A stretch of DNA of 64,000 bases from the human T2T-CHM13v2.0 reference genome, Homo sapiens, in assembly GCF_009914755.1 (NCBI RefSeq), contig NC_060927.1; one strand, written 5' to 3'. The notes under the pieces are model-generated. The model ran no database searches, was not told where the DNA came from, and was given only the letters and a program-made list of their open reading frames with translations. Every line of letters starts with the position of its first letter. Position 1 is the stretch's first letter. Both the position numbers and the translations under genes were made by a program. Below are positions 40,520-57,049 of the stretch, piece after piece.

Positions 40520-41771
40520 TTAATTAATTTCTCAGTCTAACTAGCCATATTCAAGTGTTCAATAACCACATGTGGCTAGCAGCTACCATACTAGACAATG
40601 CAGTTCTAGAAGTTTTTCTCATAAGCCAGAATCTTCCTCCACCTGTATTTAACTCATTATTTCTACTGTTGTACTCTGGGACAAAAACTGCATCTCCAAC
40701 TTATATCTATTATCAGGCAATTTGTAAAGAACAAAGGAGAAATACTTTTAAAGAAGCTCACTATAAGTTTAATGAGAATACCATTAAAAGCTTAGACCAA
40801 ATGTTGTCAATTACTGAATTATTTAGAATACTGTTCAAGAACCCCAGGTAATTTACATGGCATTTATCAAAAGTTATTCTCAATAAATATGTTTCTTTAC
40901 AAGTCATTCTTTCTAAATATGCACATACTTTTTAACTAGCAAATTTAGGAAATTAATTATGCAGATCTCTACCGATAGAGAGTCCCTAAATAAGCTACAA
41001 AATCACAAGCCTTAAGAAAAAAAGACAACACCTGACCTGATGTAAATTACGGTAGAACCATAGTTGAAATGTCTGTGGGTATCTTGGAAAAGATTGTGGA
41101 TTCATTTATTGTCATAACAGCTTTTGCCAGTCTCTGAGATTCATGCAAACTGTCCTTATGTGATTCTTACATGAATTGAACTCAGAACCTTGAGAGACTG
41201 AAAAAGAGATCAGTGTGGAAGCAGGTGGGCTTTGGCAGATGCAGCTGAAGCAATAATGAAGCAATCCTAAAGTGTCCACTGCTTTCTCCTTCCTTCTTTC
41301 CTTTCTTTTTTCCTGCCTGCCTGCCTGCTTGTCTTCTCTTTTAGTCTATTGAAAAGCAGCTTTGGGAACTCTAACTACCTTGCTAGGTTTGGTAAATTCC
41401 AAGGTGGGATCAATTAGACAATGAAAACTGAGTAGAGTGCCATTTATTTAAAAACGCTCTAGCTTCACTCAGATGCAACCAATTTGCATAATAGATAATG
41501 ACCAACTAGACATGCATTTCATCTTTACAGTAGTGATTAAAAGAAATGGTACAGTTTGTGACAAAGATACAGGTTTTTGGCAAGTGAGATATTATCAAAA
41601 AAGAAGAGGAGAATGAACCTTTAAAAAGGCACTGATGTTCAGACTGTGTCATATGTAAGGAAAGAAAACAAAACTAATTCTCTCAATGTAACAACCCAAA
41701 AGAGGAAAAGGTACTTACACAAAATAAACATGAGTTTTTAACTCTGAGCTTATTTCAAAACATAAATGATA

Positions 41772-42324
<553 letters not shown>

Positions 42325-42784
42325 GTCTAGAAAAATTTCTTGTTCAGATATTAATAAGACATGAAAATTTTGAGCTAATGTTTTGCTCCATTTTCTGTCT
42401 CCACCCAACAGCTACGTTTAAAAGCACAGCAATTCTCCTGAAGGCATTGTCAGTATGACAAACACCAATTGGCTTTTCAACTTAATGTTTCCTTAGGGCC
42501 TCTTTCATCATAATATTATAGCACATTTTTATGAGTAAGCTAAATTATATACCAAATAAAAATAAAAATAGCTAATATTTGTTGAGTTTTCTATATGCCA
42601 ATTTACTTGTTATATTATTTATTCTTCACCATAGCCATTTTACAAAGTAAGTACCATTATTATCCTCATTTTAGAGATGAAACTAAGGCACAGAATAGTT
42701 ACATAATGTGTTTAATGTCATAAGCCTAGTAAATGGAAGAGCCAGAATTAAAATTCATGTTACTTTAGAAGCAATGCACTAGAC

Positions 42785-42985
42785 CAAGGGTTGGCAAACT
42801 TTTTCTATATTTTTGTTTTTATAGGCCATCTACCCTCTGTCATGACTACTCAACTCTGCCATTATAGTGCAAAAGTAGGCATAGACAATAGGTGAAGGAA
42901 TAGGCATGTGTTCCAATAATACTTTATTTACAAAAACAGGCAGTGGGCCAGATTTAGCCTGCGGACCATAGTTTCCTATTCCCTA
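42785..42985. mobile_element. MER58A
   Basis: 'caagggttggcaaactttt...ctactcaactctgcc...acaaaaacaggcagtgggccagattt'; 8-bp TSD CACTAGAC at 42777-42784 and 42986-42993. Confidence 0.88.
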
Positions 42986-42993
42986 CACTAGAC

Positions 42994-43155
42994 CAGTACT
43001 TCTCAAACATGAATGTCATAAGAATCACCTGAGGATCTTATAAAAGTAAGGAATCTAATTCATTACATCTGGGAAAGAACCTGACCATCTAAATTTCTTA
43101 CACACTCCAAGGTGATGCTGATTCTGCTGTTCAGGGACCTCATTTTGAGTAGCAA
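42994..43155. mobile_element. MER5-type fossil
   Basis: 'cagtacttctcaaac...agaatcacctgagga...ggtgatgctgattctgctg...gacctcattttgagtagca'. Confidence 0.75.
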
Positions 43156-43309
43156 GTTTGTAGGCCACTGTGCTACACTGCTGGGTAAAGCAAGGTTTGT
43201 AAAAAGAATTGATTTCTTAAGGTGCATTATCAGTGACCTTTTCAAAGTGACCATTTATTGAGCAGGTAACATATGTCACATATTGTACCAAGTATTTCGT
43301 ATCACTTCA

Positions 43310-44125
43310 AATGAAACTGTCATCTACCCTGTTCAAGCCAGAAACCTTGGTACCATTGGTTAGACCAGACTCTAGATCATCCAACAAGTCTAAAGTACAA
43401 CCCACTATTTCAATTTTATTTCCAAAACATATTTCAAACTCATCCTTTTTTTTTCAGAACCTACCAACAACGACAACATATAAATCATGACTGTTTACCT
43501 AGACTTCTGTAACAGCCTCTTATTCTCAGTAACCAAATATGGCTTGTCTCCTAAATCCACTCTCCATACAGCAGCCAGAGTGGTCTTGTTAAAAGGTAAA
43601 TTGGATCATATTACTCCCCTGCCTGAAACTTCTAAATGCCTTCCATGGCACTTAGAAGGAAAGCCAAACCTCTAAACATGGCATAGAAAGGATCTGGCCA
43701 CTGCCTATGCAAACATTTTCCCTTTCACTCAGTCATGCACTCACTGGCTCTATCTCAGATGCACTGACTTTCCTTTAGCTGAAATGCACCATAGTCTTTC
43801 TCATTTAAGGACCTATTTGCCATGTCCTTCCTTCTGCTGGAAATCTTTTCCTTCTGCTTTTTCATGTCTTGATCCTTCTGATTTTTAAAAAATAAATTGG
43901 TCTGAACATTACCTTATCAGAAAAGCTCTTCCTTACCACTCAAATTAAAATAACCCCCTTGTTTTTCTCCCATAACATCCTGTTCTCTTCCTTCTTCGCA
44001 CTTATCTGCAAGCATTTGTGCTCTTTGTGTATTGTGTGCCCTCTCAAGTAAACATCATAAAAGTAGAGACAGACTTCTTGAAACAAGATACACATCTAAT
44101 GAATGTTTGTTGAATGAATGGTTAA
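43310..44125 (+). mobile_element. L2 fragment
   Basis: 'cagcagccagagtggtctt', 'ggatcatattactcccctg', end 'tgtttgttgaatgaatg'. Confidence 0.75.
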
Positions 44126-44683
44126 GTTAATGAAGTTCCCACTAGAATATTCCGTCCATGAGGGCAGGAGTTCTGCCTTTTCGTTATTGCTATTTTACAT
44201 GGCTCTCAGAGGAGTGTCTTGCATACAGCAGACACTTATTAAATGTTACTTGTAGTAAATGTCATTTAATATACATAAACTCTAGAATATTGGATACTAT
44301 TATTATGCCTATTTAAGAAGTGAAGAAATAGGCTCAGAAACTTAACTTAATCCAGGTCAGAGAACTGTTAGTTTGTGGAGCCATGCTTTGAATACAGGCT
44401 TTACATGTACTTTTAACTTCCATGTTATGTGGTATCACTAAATATGTGGCAAGGTCTTCATCAGTAGATCTGTGAAAACTCCCTTAAATGTTTAACACAT
44501 CATTAAAACTTTGATTTCTATGTAAAATATTAGCTGTGGGACATCTTCCTTTACTTGTTTGTAATTTAATTATTCTTCAGTAATCCAGGCCATACATTTT
44601 ATATACCCAATAAAGCCATAAATACCTTGAGGATATGATGAGTCTTTTATATAATTCACAGTAGTCTCAAAGTAAGTCATTAG

Positions 44684-45017
<334 letters not shown>

Positions 45018-47210
45018 CACATTTTCCTTTTTATTATCATTGTGACTTGCTTGAATGTTGGTGTGCTTTCTTAGTACTTTCTTCCAATCTTCTTTATTCT
45101 TGAGGAAAATTAGTCCCTTGATATGTTCTACTTTAGCTATTAGAAATAGCTAAAATCTTCAGTTTACGGAATGAGAGGCTTGAAAATGTAGATTTTATGT
45201 CTCAGAGCATGTGTGTATTTACTCAACCTTATAAAATTGGATCTTTTACTTGAGCAGTGAGACTTGTACCTCTTTAGCACCTGTGTATTTTGGCAACTTT
45301 GCTTTTGAAACATCATTTGGAGCACTAAGGGAACAATTGGTGCTTAGAGAGACATTAAAGAAATGCTAAATGCTATTTAAAATTTTGTGGGTGTTTTTTC
45401 TTGGTTTTGTTTGGTTTGATTTTTGGTGCATGGAAAAGAATGAGACTTTTGGGACATCAGCCCTGTTAAGAAGAAAATGGAATGTTTGAATTGCATCCGG
45501 TGAAAAATGTTTACCCCAATGTCACATTACTAAGTTAATGCATTCAGGACTCTCCCATATGAGAGAGTGGTAGACATAGTGTTAACATCACTATAAACCT
45601 TTGTCCCAGTCCAGCTTGGTGGCAGAAAGGAAAGGGGAGGGTCCAAAGATTATTACTATAATTTCTATCATACATAATGTATCCAACAAATGATAATTTA
45701 TCTTCCTCTGGTTTATGTAATTAAGTTTTCCAGTTCAAAAACCATTACTCTTACTGTAGTTCTGAAGTAGTAAATGTAGCAGGGAAAGCCAACCTGTGGC
45801 TCATGTATGGTCATGTCCTCCTCCCATGTCTAAAGCAAACATCATTTATCCATTATGTCGCTCATTCTTACCAAGCCCAGAGGAGACCTCAGAATTCTTT
45901 TCAACATAGCCTTAAAGCCAGTTACTCCAAAAATTAGAATTGGAACCAAAGGTCAGCTCACAGCTATACAATTATTAGCTGCAAATGGGAGGTGAGGGAG
46001 CATTGCTAAATATGTGCCTATCAAAGACCTGAGCAAAGTGAAGCGATTACATAAACAGCTTTCACTTTGCTAATGAAGTAACTGAGTACCTTCTTCAAAT
46101 ATAACTAGTGAGTCATGATTCTAGAACTGAGATTCAAGTCTTCAGTATCTTTGAATTCCATCTTTTCACCATTTCACATGTCCCCTCATACATCTGTCTA
46201 CACAGATTTATGTTTATATTACGTACATTTTTATTTACCTAATCTACACTTTAATTCATTGTCAGAAGCGCCTTCTAACAATACCAAAGATTCTATTTGT
46301 ATTTAATTGGAACTAAACATATATTGGCTGCCATACTAAATTTTACTCTATCCAGATTGAAAGCATTGTCCCACTGTTTTAAAATACCACAGATTTATTA
46401 TTTACAATCAAGGGAGGCATGCATCAGTGTAATAATGTGTCTCAACTCAATTTAACATATTACATTCCCCAACTGGAAATGACACAGTAGCCAGGAAGAC
46501 TAAACTACCATTTACTTTCCTTACTCCGTGTTCAGCTGTAGGCACTGGAGTATGAAATGGCTAGCTACATTCATTACTAGGTTCTGTAGGCTTCTGCTCA
46601 CAATGTCCACCAAAGCTGCATTAACAGAATAAAATGTATTACAAAATTCCACCATACATTCCCAATAAACATAGTTCACAAAGTATAAATTAAGAGATAG
46701 AAATGTGTGTGTAATCATAGAATACATGTTTTCTTTAGCATACAAATTCTGACTATCTGAATATTTCTATCCGTTATAACAACACTACACAAAACTATAA
46801 CAACTTGCAAAATATTTACTGTGCAGACCAAACCCTGCTGTAATAAACCCACTAATGCAAATCAGTGAAAATGTTTAAACTGTGCTAGAGTTCAGTGAGA
46901 GAAGTTAGAGTGCACTGCAGTCATACCTCAGCTATATGGGATCCAGCTCATTGTCTCCATCAGCTTCCACACATTTTCCCTGATGAATTAGCCCCTTTTA
47001 GGCACTAACTTCTCCCAGACAGTATATTTTGCTGTATGTGTCAAAATTAACGTGGTAATTCTAAAATTCATATGAAGATTCAAAAAGTTAGAAATAGCCA
47101 AGGCAATTTTGAAGAAGTATAAAACTATAGACTTAAACTATCAGAAATCAAGACCTATTGTAAAGCTATATTCATATGATATAATATCACACAGCAAAAA
47201 TGTGATCATG

Positions 47211-47500
<290 letters not shown>

Positions 47501-47679
47501 AGTGATAATGTGTTACCCAGATGCAGCTTCCAAAAAAAATATTTCTTTTATAAGGATTTTAAAAAGAAGCTTTCACTTATTTCAAAGCAGTAGGATATTA
47601 ATCTCACATTCATATTACTTATTTTCAGCCCATTTCTTTCCTTTTTTAAAAATCCTACCCTAGAATTGACTGACAAGTC

Positions 47680-47940
47680 ACAACAATCAGCAGATACCTT
47701 ACACCTGTCCACCTCTTCCATGGACTGCCTCAATTGCAAATTGCCTTGTTTGTGGTCTGCCCTTTGCAGGGCAGTTCACACCTAGGTACTGAATATGTAG
47801 GGCAGGGTGTAAATGCTTAGCCATTTCAACTCAGCGTAGGACGCTGTGATGGGCAATACTCAACAGAGGTTTTATCAAGCCTGCATCACAGTTCAACTCT
47901 CTTCCCCGCCCAGTATCTGTTTTTAGAGAACCCAACATCT
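47680..47940 (+). mobile_element. LTR16C-like ERVL LTR fragment
   Basis: 'ctgcatcacagttcaactctc...gagaacccaac'. Confidence 0.5.
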
Positions 47941-47944
47941 GATG

Positions 47945-48200
47945 AATAAATAATGCATGAATTGCTCATACATAAGTTTGAACAAAAGAAACCAGACACA
48001 AAAAAGTATATATTATGTGATTCATTTAAATTAATTTTTAAAACAAAACTAAACCAGAATGATAGAGATCAGAACAATGACTACCTTCAAATGGCTATTG
48101 ACTGTGAAAGGGTATGAGAAAGCTTTTTGTCTGCTGATAATATTCCATACCTTCATCTTTGTGGTAGTTGCCTATATACCCATGTGACTATATACATGAA
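47945..48200 (+). mobile_element. L1ME-like 3' end
   Basis: 'aaaagaaaccagacacaaaaaagtatatattatgtgattcattta', 'gatagagatcagaacaatg'. Confidence 0.7.
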
Positions 48201-48682
48201 TACTCAGCACTTGGATCAGCATACACACACACACACACGTACACACACAGTATGTGTGTGTGTATGTATATGTTCAGATTGAAAGGACACAAGGAATACC
48301 AAAGAGATTAGATAAGGAGGCATTTATAGTGAAATTTCAGAGTAGCATAAAAAAGAAAAAAATTCTAAAAGCTTCCAGAGGGAAAGAACAAAACACTTAC
48401 AAATGAATAAATGTCATATTGATAACAAATCTTCAAACTGCAACTGCTGGATTCATGAAGTCAATTAAATTTACAATGAATGAAAAATCGTGATTCTACA
48501 ATTCTGCACTGTTAAAGCCCAGGAAAAGAAAAAAAGAAAATAATACACAATACTTTACCTTCTTGAGCCTCAATTCATTGAAATGTCATATAGTATAATC
48601 TTCTAAAATAAAAATGCAGCATAAAGCTGCCTCAAGAATGTAAATGCATAAATAATAGCTGTAGTGGTGAGTCCAGTCACTA

Positions 48683-49010
<328 letters not shown>

Positions 49011-49772
49011 ATTTTATATATATATATAAAATAACTAATTTGATATGAAAATATCTATAAATTATATTCGTTGTTTGTTACCTACATGCATAACTGAAGG
49101 AAATGCTAAATCTCAGTGAGAACTAAATTAAAACAAAGACATGAAGTGGAAGCCAGAGGTGAGTTCAAATTCCAGATCTGTTACTCATTTGTACAAATAA
49201 GTTAGATAATTGCTTAAGCCCTTCGAACTACAGTCTCCTTATGTTTCAACGGAGATAATACTTTCTACTTCACAGGGCTGTTGGAAGGATTGTTAGATGA
49301 TCTAAGAAGACTCTAGCAATGTCTCTAGTAGATTTGCCTGCCATCTGAAGCCCTTATATTCCACCCACTCTCTGTGAATAAGCCAAATCTTGACCTCTCC
49401 CCAATCTCTCTCAGTTTTAACTCAGCTTCCAACCTCAATTTTCAAGCAGAAGATTTCCAAATAAAGATGTATATTTTCTTATTTATTTGAAATGATATCT
49501 GGAATAGTAGTTTCCAACCTCCCCATTGGATTAGATTATATCCCTGTACATTCTGCAGGTAAGAATAAAATGTTTGACAGAGAAACACGTTGTATTGTTT
49601 CTGTCAATATGGATGCTGTTATATTGTTTGAAGCAAATTATTTTACACAAATATGGGTCTCGATATGATTATATGCTATGCAAACAAACATATACATGCA
49701 TAAGAGACTGGAAACAGAATTCTGAACTGGCTCAGCTTAAATCCAGTCATCTGGATCATGAAATCAGCATAT

Positions 49773-49794
49773 CTGCTACCACCTGGTGGTAGTT
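49773..49794 (-). promoter_or_regulatory. Palindromic candidate CTCF/E-box motif
   Basis: CTACCACC-T-GGTGGTAG (49776-49792); the minus strand reads CCACCAGGTGGTAGC. Confidence 0.4.
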
Positions 49795-50282
49795 TACCCA
49801 AATTCTGGTTACACTTTCTTGTGTGCTTGAATACCTTGATCAATACAACTCTCAGTCTACAAATCTAAAGCATGTTGCCAAACTCAAACCAGTCCGGGGA
49901 GTACATTTCCACATTTTTAGGCATCTGTCCAGATGCTTCATTTGCTTTCCTTCACAGAGTAAATCATTACCAAATGGAAGTAGTGTTGATGCTTTCACTA
50001 TAGTACCATTCCAGCCTTATTTCCTATTATTTCCATTGAGGCCACACACACTCCAGCAAAATTATCTGCTCACTGCTTCTTACACATTGCCTGTACTCCT
50101 CTCCCCAGCTTGTCATGTCGTCTCTTATGACCATGTGTATGCCTACAAACCAAATAGTCTAATGCCATCTTCTCCACAAAATCTTTTCACTTTGCCCAGA
50201 GGGACATACTCCTTTCTCTTCTGTTATCTCCTAAAGCAATTCATTGTAACATCCATCCTCATACTATGTAACACTTAGTACT

Positions 50283-50452
50283 ACAGTCATTTATATAGTT
50301 ATTGTACTGAAGACTGCAGGCAATTGTAACACAATGGTAAGTATTTGTGTATCTAAACAGAAAAGGTATCGTAAACACACAATCTTTTGGTACCACTGTT
50401 AAATATGTGATCTGCCACTGACTGAAATGTTGTTCAGTGGTACATAACTATA
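50283..50452. mobile_element. Tigger3/MER7-type fossil
   Basis: 'ggcaattgtaacacaatggtaagtatttgtgtatctaaaca...ctgactgaaatgttgtt'. Confidence 0.7.
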
Positions 50453-50482
50453 TGTGTTTGTGTGTATACATACATGTACATA

Positions 50483-51917
50483 GGCAAGTCCCTTCTGTCT
50501 ATGAGCTTGTAAAATCAAAAGCAAGTTAGTTACTTCCTAGATACAATGGGGATACAGGTATTAGGTAAATACAGCCATTCCAAATGAGAGAAATTGACCA
50601 AAACAAAGGGGTTACCGGGCCCAGGCAAGTCCAAAATCCAGCGGGACAGTCAAATTTTAAAGCCCCAAAATGATCTCCTTTGACTCCATATCTCACATCC
50701 AGTCACACTGATGCAAGAAGTGGGCTCCCATGGTCATAGGAAGCTCCACCCCTGTGGCTTTGCAGGGTACAGCCTCCCTCCCGGCTGCTTTCACAGGCCG
50801 GTGTTGTCTGCAGCTTTTCCAGGCACACAGTGCACGCTGTCGGTGGATCTACCATTCTGGGGTCTGGAGGACGGTGGCCCTCTTGTTACAGCTCCACTAG
50901 GCAGTGCCCCAGTAGGGACTTTGTGTGGGGGCTTTGACCCCACATTCCCCTTCCACACTGCCCTAGCAGAGGTTCTCCATTAGGGCCCCACCCCTGCAGC
51001 AAACTTTTGCTTGGGCATCCAGGCATTTCCATACATCTTCTGAAATCTAGGCAGAGGTTCCCAAACCCCAGTTCTTGACTTCTGTGCACGCACAGGCTCA
51101 ACACTACATGGAAGCCACCAAAGTTTGGGGCTTGCAACCTGTGAAACCATGGGCTGAGCAGTACCTTGGCCCCTTTTAACAATGGCTGGAGCAGCTGGGA
51201 CACAGGGCACCAAGTCCCTAGGCTGCACACAGCATGGGGACCCTGGGCCAGGCCTACAAAACCACTTTTTCCTCCTAGGCCTCTGGGTCTGTGATGGGAG
51301 GGGCTGCATGAAGACCTATGACATTCTCTGGAGACATTTTCCCCATTGTCTTGGGGATTAACATTCAGCTCTTTGTTTCTTATGCAAATTTCTGCAGCCG
51401 GCTTACATTTTCCCTCAGAAAAATGGGTTTTTCTTTTCTACTGCATCATCAGGCCTTAAATTTTCCAAAATTTTATGCTCTGTTTCCCTTTTAAAATGGA
51501 ATGCTTTTAACAGTACCAAAGTCACCTCTTGAATGCTTTGCTGCTTAGAAATGTCTTCTGCCAGATACCCTAAATCATCTCTCAAGTTCAAAGTTTCACA
51601 AGTCTCTAGGGCAGGGCAAAATGCTGCTAGTCCCTTTGCTAAAGCATCACAAGAGTCACCTTTGCTCCAGTTCCCAACAAGTTCCTCATCTCCATCTGAG
51701 ACCACCTCAGCCTACACCTTATTATATATGTCACTATCAGGCTTTTGGTCAAAGCCATTCAACAAGTCTCTAGGAAGTTCCAAACTTTCCCACATTTTCC
51801 TGTCTTCTTCTGAGCCCTCCAAACTATTCCAACCTCTGCCTGTTACCCAGTTCCAAAATCACTTCCACATTTTCAGGTATCTTTTCAGCAACACCCGTTC
51901 TACTGATACCAGTTGAC
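50483..51917 (-). mobile_element. THE1 internal sequence (MaLR), truncated
   Basis: 'gtaaaatcaaaagcaagttagttacttcctagatacaatgggg', 'ctccttgactcc'-type motif, 'gttccaaactttcccacattttcctgtcttcttctgagccctcc'. Confidence 0.93.
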
Positions 51918-52336
<419 letters not shown>

Positions 52337-52650
52337 GTGAGTCACAGCACCTGGCCATTGTTTAAGAATTTTTATAGAGCATGCTCTTTAGCCCCCTTGC
52401 CCCACCTTTCCTAGAGGTTGGTGAGTGAAGCTGAAAGTACTCTCTAGTTGTCTAATTACTTGGTCTTTCTCGTGACCAGCCCTATTCTGAGGCTATTAGG
52501 TCCCACCCCATGTAACCTCATTAGCATGAATTCAAGTGTTATCAAAGGGGCTTATTGTGACTATCAAAAAATAAATACTCCTATCACTCAGGAAATTCCA
52601 GGGGTTTTAGGAGCTCTATTACAAGGGCAAAAAAACAATATACAGTATTT
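52337..52650. mobile_element. MER21-like LTR fragment
   Basis: 'tggtctttctcgtgaccagccc', 'ctcattagcat', 'ctcctatcactcaggaaattcc...ttttaggagctct'. Confidence 0.7.
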
Positions 52651-53121
52651 CAAATTATCCTGCAGGAGACGATTGAACTCAGTAAAAGCCATGGAGAAGA
52701 TGGGATTGATATGAAAGATTCTGCAAAGGCCGAATCTATAGAATATAATGAGTGACTAGCAGGAGGGTAGGAAAGAGAAAAAACTCAAGATAGTTTTACA
52801 TTTTTGAGTCTAGGTGACTGGGAGAATAGAGGAGAATGCGGAGTCTGTAATAGAAAACAATATTTAAAACAATCTCTTAAGAACAAATTTTTGATGCCCT
52901 GGTTTTGGCCTACTAATTTTCATAATTTATCACCAGAAAAAAAATTTACATCTGGGCTATATAACTCATGAGTATGTTATTATTAAAAGATGAACTCTGA
53001 TAGAGATAGCCATGAAGAACCACTAGTAAATCTGTGAATCTTGGTTTCTTGGTGCTACTATATTTAAGGATAAGTGTATTTGTTAAATGTTCTGCATTTT
53101 TGTTAGTGGTACCGTCAGAAC

Positions 53122-53857
53122 TATAATCACCTGGAGAGTCCCTCCTGCCCATAGCACAGATAAAACCAGTTCACTGAGATCATGCAATTGGAGTAGAGAA
53201 AGAGTTTTATTGACTCCAGCCTGGCCACACAGAAGAACTGGAGTTCTTCTCCCAGTCTTCAGTCTTGTCTTCAGTCTCCCCAGAGGCTCAAAGGCTAGGG
53301 GCTTTATGGACAATTTGGTAGGCAGGGGGCTAGGGGAAGGGTGCTGCTGACTGGTTGAAGATAAAATTATAGGGGTGTGGAAAATGGTCCCTGTGCACTG
53401 AGCTTATCTCTGGGTGGGGCTACAGGACCAGTTGAGTCATGAGTCATAAGTCCAGGTGGGGTCAGTCTGAAAAACATCTTTTAAAAAACACTTAGATTCT
53501 ACAATAATGATGTTATATATAGTAGCAATTGGGGAAGTTACAAATCTTGTGACTTCCTGAGAAGTCAGGGATTATAGAAACTGTGCCTTCATTTTAGCAG
53601 AACTCTGGCCTCTCCTATAGTACTAATCTTGTGGCCTTTCATTAGTCTTAAAAACAGCCCACGAACAGGGAAGGGATTAGTTGTAGGGAGAAACTATTAT
53701 GATCCTTGCTTCAAAGTTAAACTATAAACTGAATTCTTCCCAAAGTTAGTGTGGTCCACACCCAGGAAGGATCAAGGATAGTGTGGAGGTCAGAAGCAAG
53801 ATGGAGTCAACTATGTCAGGTTTCTCTTACTGTCATAATTTTGCAAAGGTGGTTTTA
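53122..53857 (-). mobile_element. LTR8A-like ERV1 solo LTR
   Basis: 'gtagagaaagagttt', 'gaggtcagaagcaagatggagtc', end 'cataattttgcaaaggtggtttta'; 4-bp TSD GAAC at 53118-53121 and 53858-53861. Confidence 0.85.
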
Positions 53858-53866
53858 GAACTGAAA

Positions 53867-55635
<1,769 letters not shown>

Positions 55636-56168
55636 CTGGTAGCTAATCTCCAAAGATAGCCTTCAATATTTTTTTTCTTCTTGGGTGCTTAGGCCATTTC
55701 CTAAATTATTTCCTTTTCTTGAATCTGTGCTAAACTGGTGCCTGGTTTTGACCAACAGAATACAGCAGAAATGACATTCCTATGCTTCCAAGCCCAGGCC
55801 TTAAGAACACTGACAGTTTCCACTTTGAACCTTTTAGAATTTAGCTCCCTTGCTACAGGAATCCTAAAACATATAGAGAGGCCATGCAGAGGAACCAAGA
55901 CACCCTAACGCCTCAGCTGAGTTCCCAGCAAGAGCCAGCACCAACTGCCAGCTATGTGAGTGAGCTGACTTGTACTGTAGCATAGCCAGTATCCTGATGA
56001 CCACAGTCTTAGCCAACAGCACATGGAACAGAAAAACCACTTTGCTGCATACATTCAAACACCCAGCTGAGCCCACTTAACCAACAAAATCACACAGATA
56101 ATAAAATTGTAGTTTGAGGCTGTTAAGATTTTAAGTGATTTATTATGTAGCAATAGGTAAATAAAACA
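55636..56168 (+). mobile_element. MLT1H/G-like LTR
   Basis: 'tttgaccaacagaata', 'agccagcaccaactgccagctatgtgagtgag', end 'tatgtagcaataggtaaataaaaca'. Confidence 0.8.
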
Positions 56169-57049
56169 GGAATTTTTATTCTGATATTGGATCTTCAGTA
56201 TAGAATAGATTTGTAAAATTCAAAGATACTTCCTGAAATATGTATTTATTTTTTCTTATGAAAAACCTAGGCAAAGTAAAGTCTTAATTAGAAAAATTGG
56301 TATACAAAGAAAAATACAATAAACTTGTGAACTGCATCTCTTTAACTTGTTTTCTAATCAAAATATATAAAAGCTTTCTTTAAGTCAGCTTATAAATGAT
56401 TTATTACATTTCAGTTATCTGGTGTTTGCACTGTGATAGAAATAACATTTTATTCTCCCAAGGAAATTTTATTTTTAGAGAACTGCTAAGTTGCTACAAA
56501 TCTTTAAAGTGCTTTTTAGCCATAGTTTACCTATTTTCACTGTTCTGGGAATGTGTTGTAATTCTTGATTTATGAACTAGAAGACTAGATAGAGTATTGA
56601 AATACCAATGCCATAAGACGTGATGTGCAAATTTATAATTTAAATTCCAAATCTGTGATACCTTATTTCTTCATCTTTTTCAGTTTTTCATATTCCCTGA
56701 AAAAAGAACCAAAGGGCCACCTATCTTGTTACTCTTGAAGCATAATATTCTTTGACAGTCTGTACACTAAATCACATTGGAAATGCACTGGGAGAATGAG
56801 ATTCAATTCTTCCTGGCCTCTTCTCTGTTACCACCCACTATACATACAAGAGGTTTTGACCTAACCCTATCAGGAAATTGGTTGCTTTAGAATTTGAAGA
56901 GGCAGGGAAAACAGACACATGACCTGACACTAGGCCAGAACTTATAAGCATCTATTTCCAGGATGACTCAGACCCGGCTTCAGAAAGCAGGACGATCGAC
57001 TGAAAAATACAATGAGCAGAAGCCAGAGAGAAAGAAACTTTGACTGTAA

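Noticed and set aside
49823-50278. 151-aa ORF
   Set aside because: GTG start, no recognisable domain, lies in pyrimidine-rich L2-like sequence.
50711-51916. Cluster of 90-127 aa ORFs
   Set aside because: Fragments of the decayed THE1 internal region.
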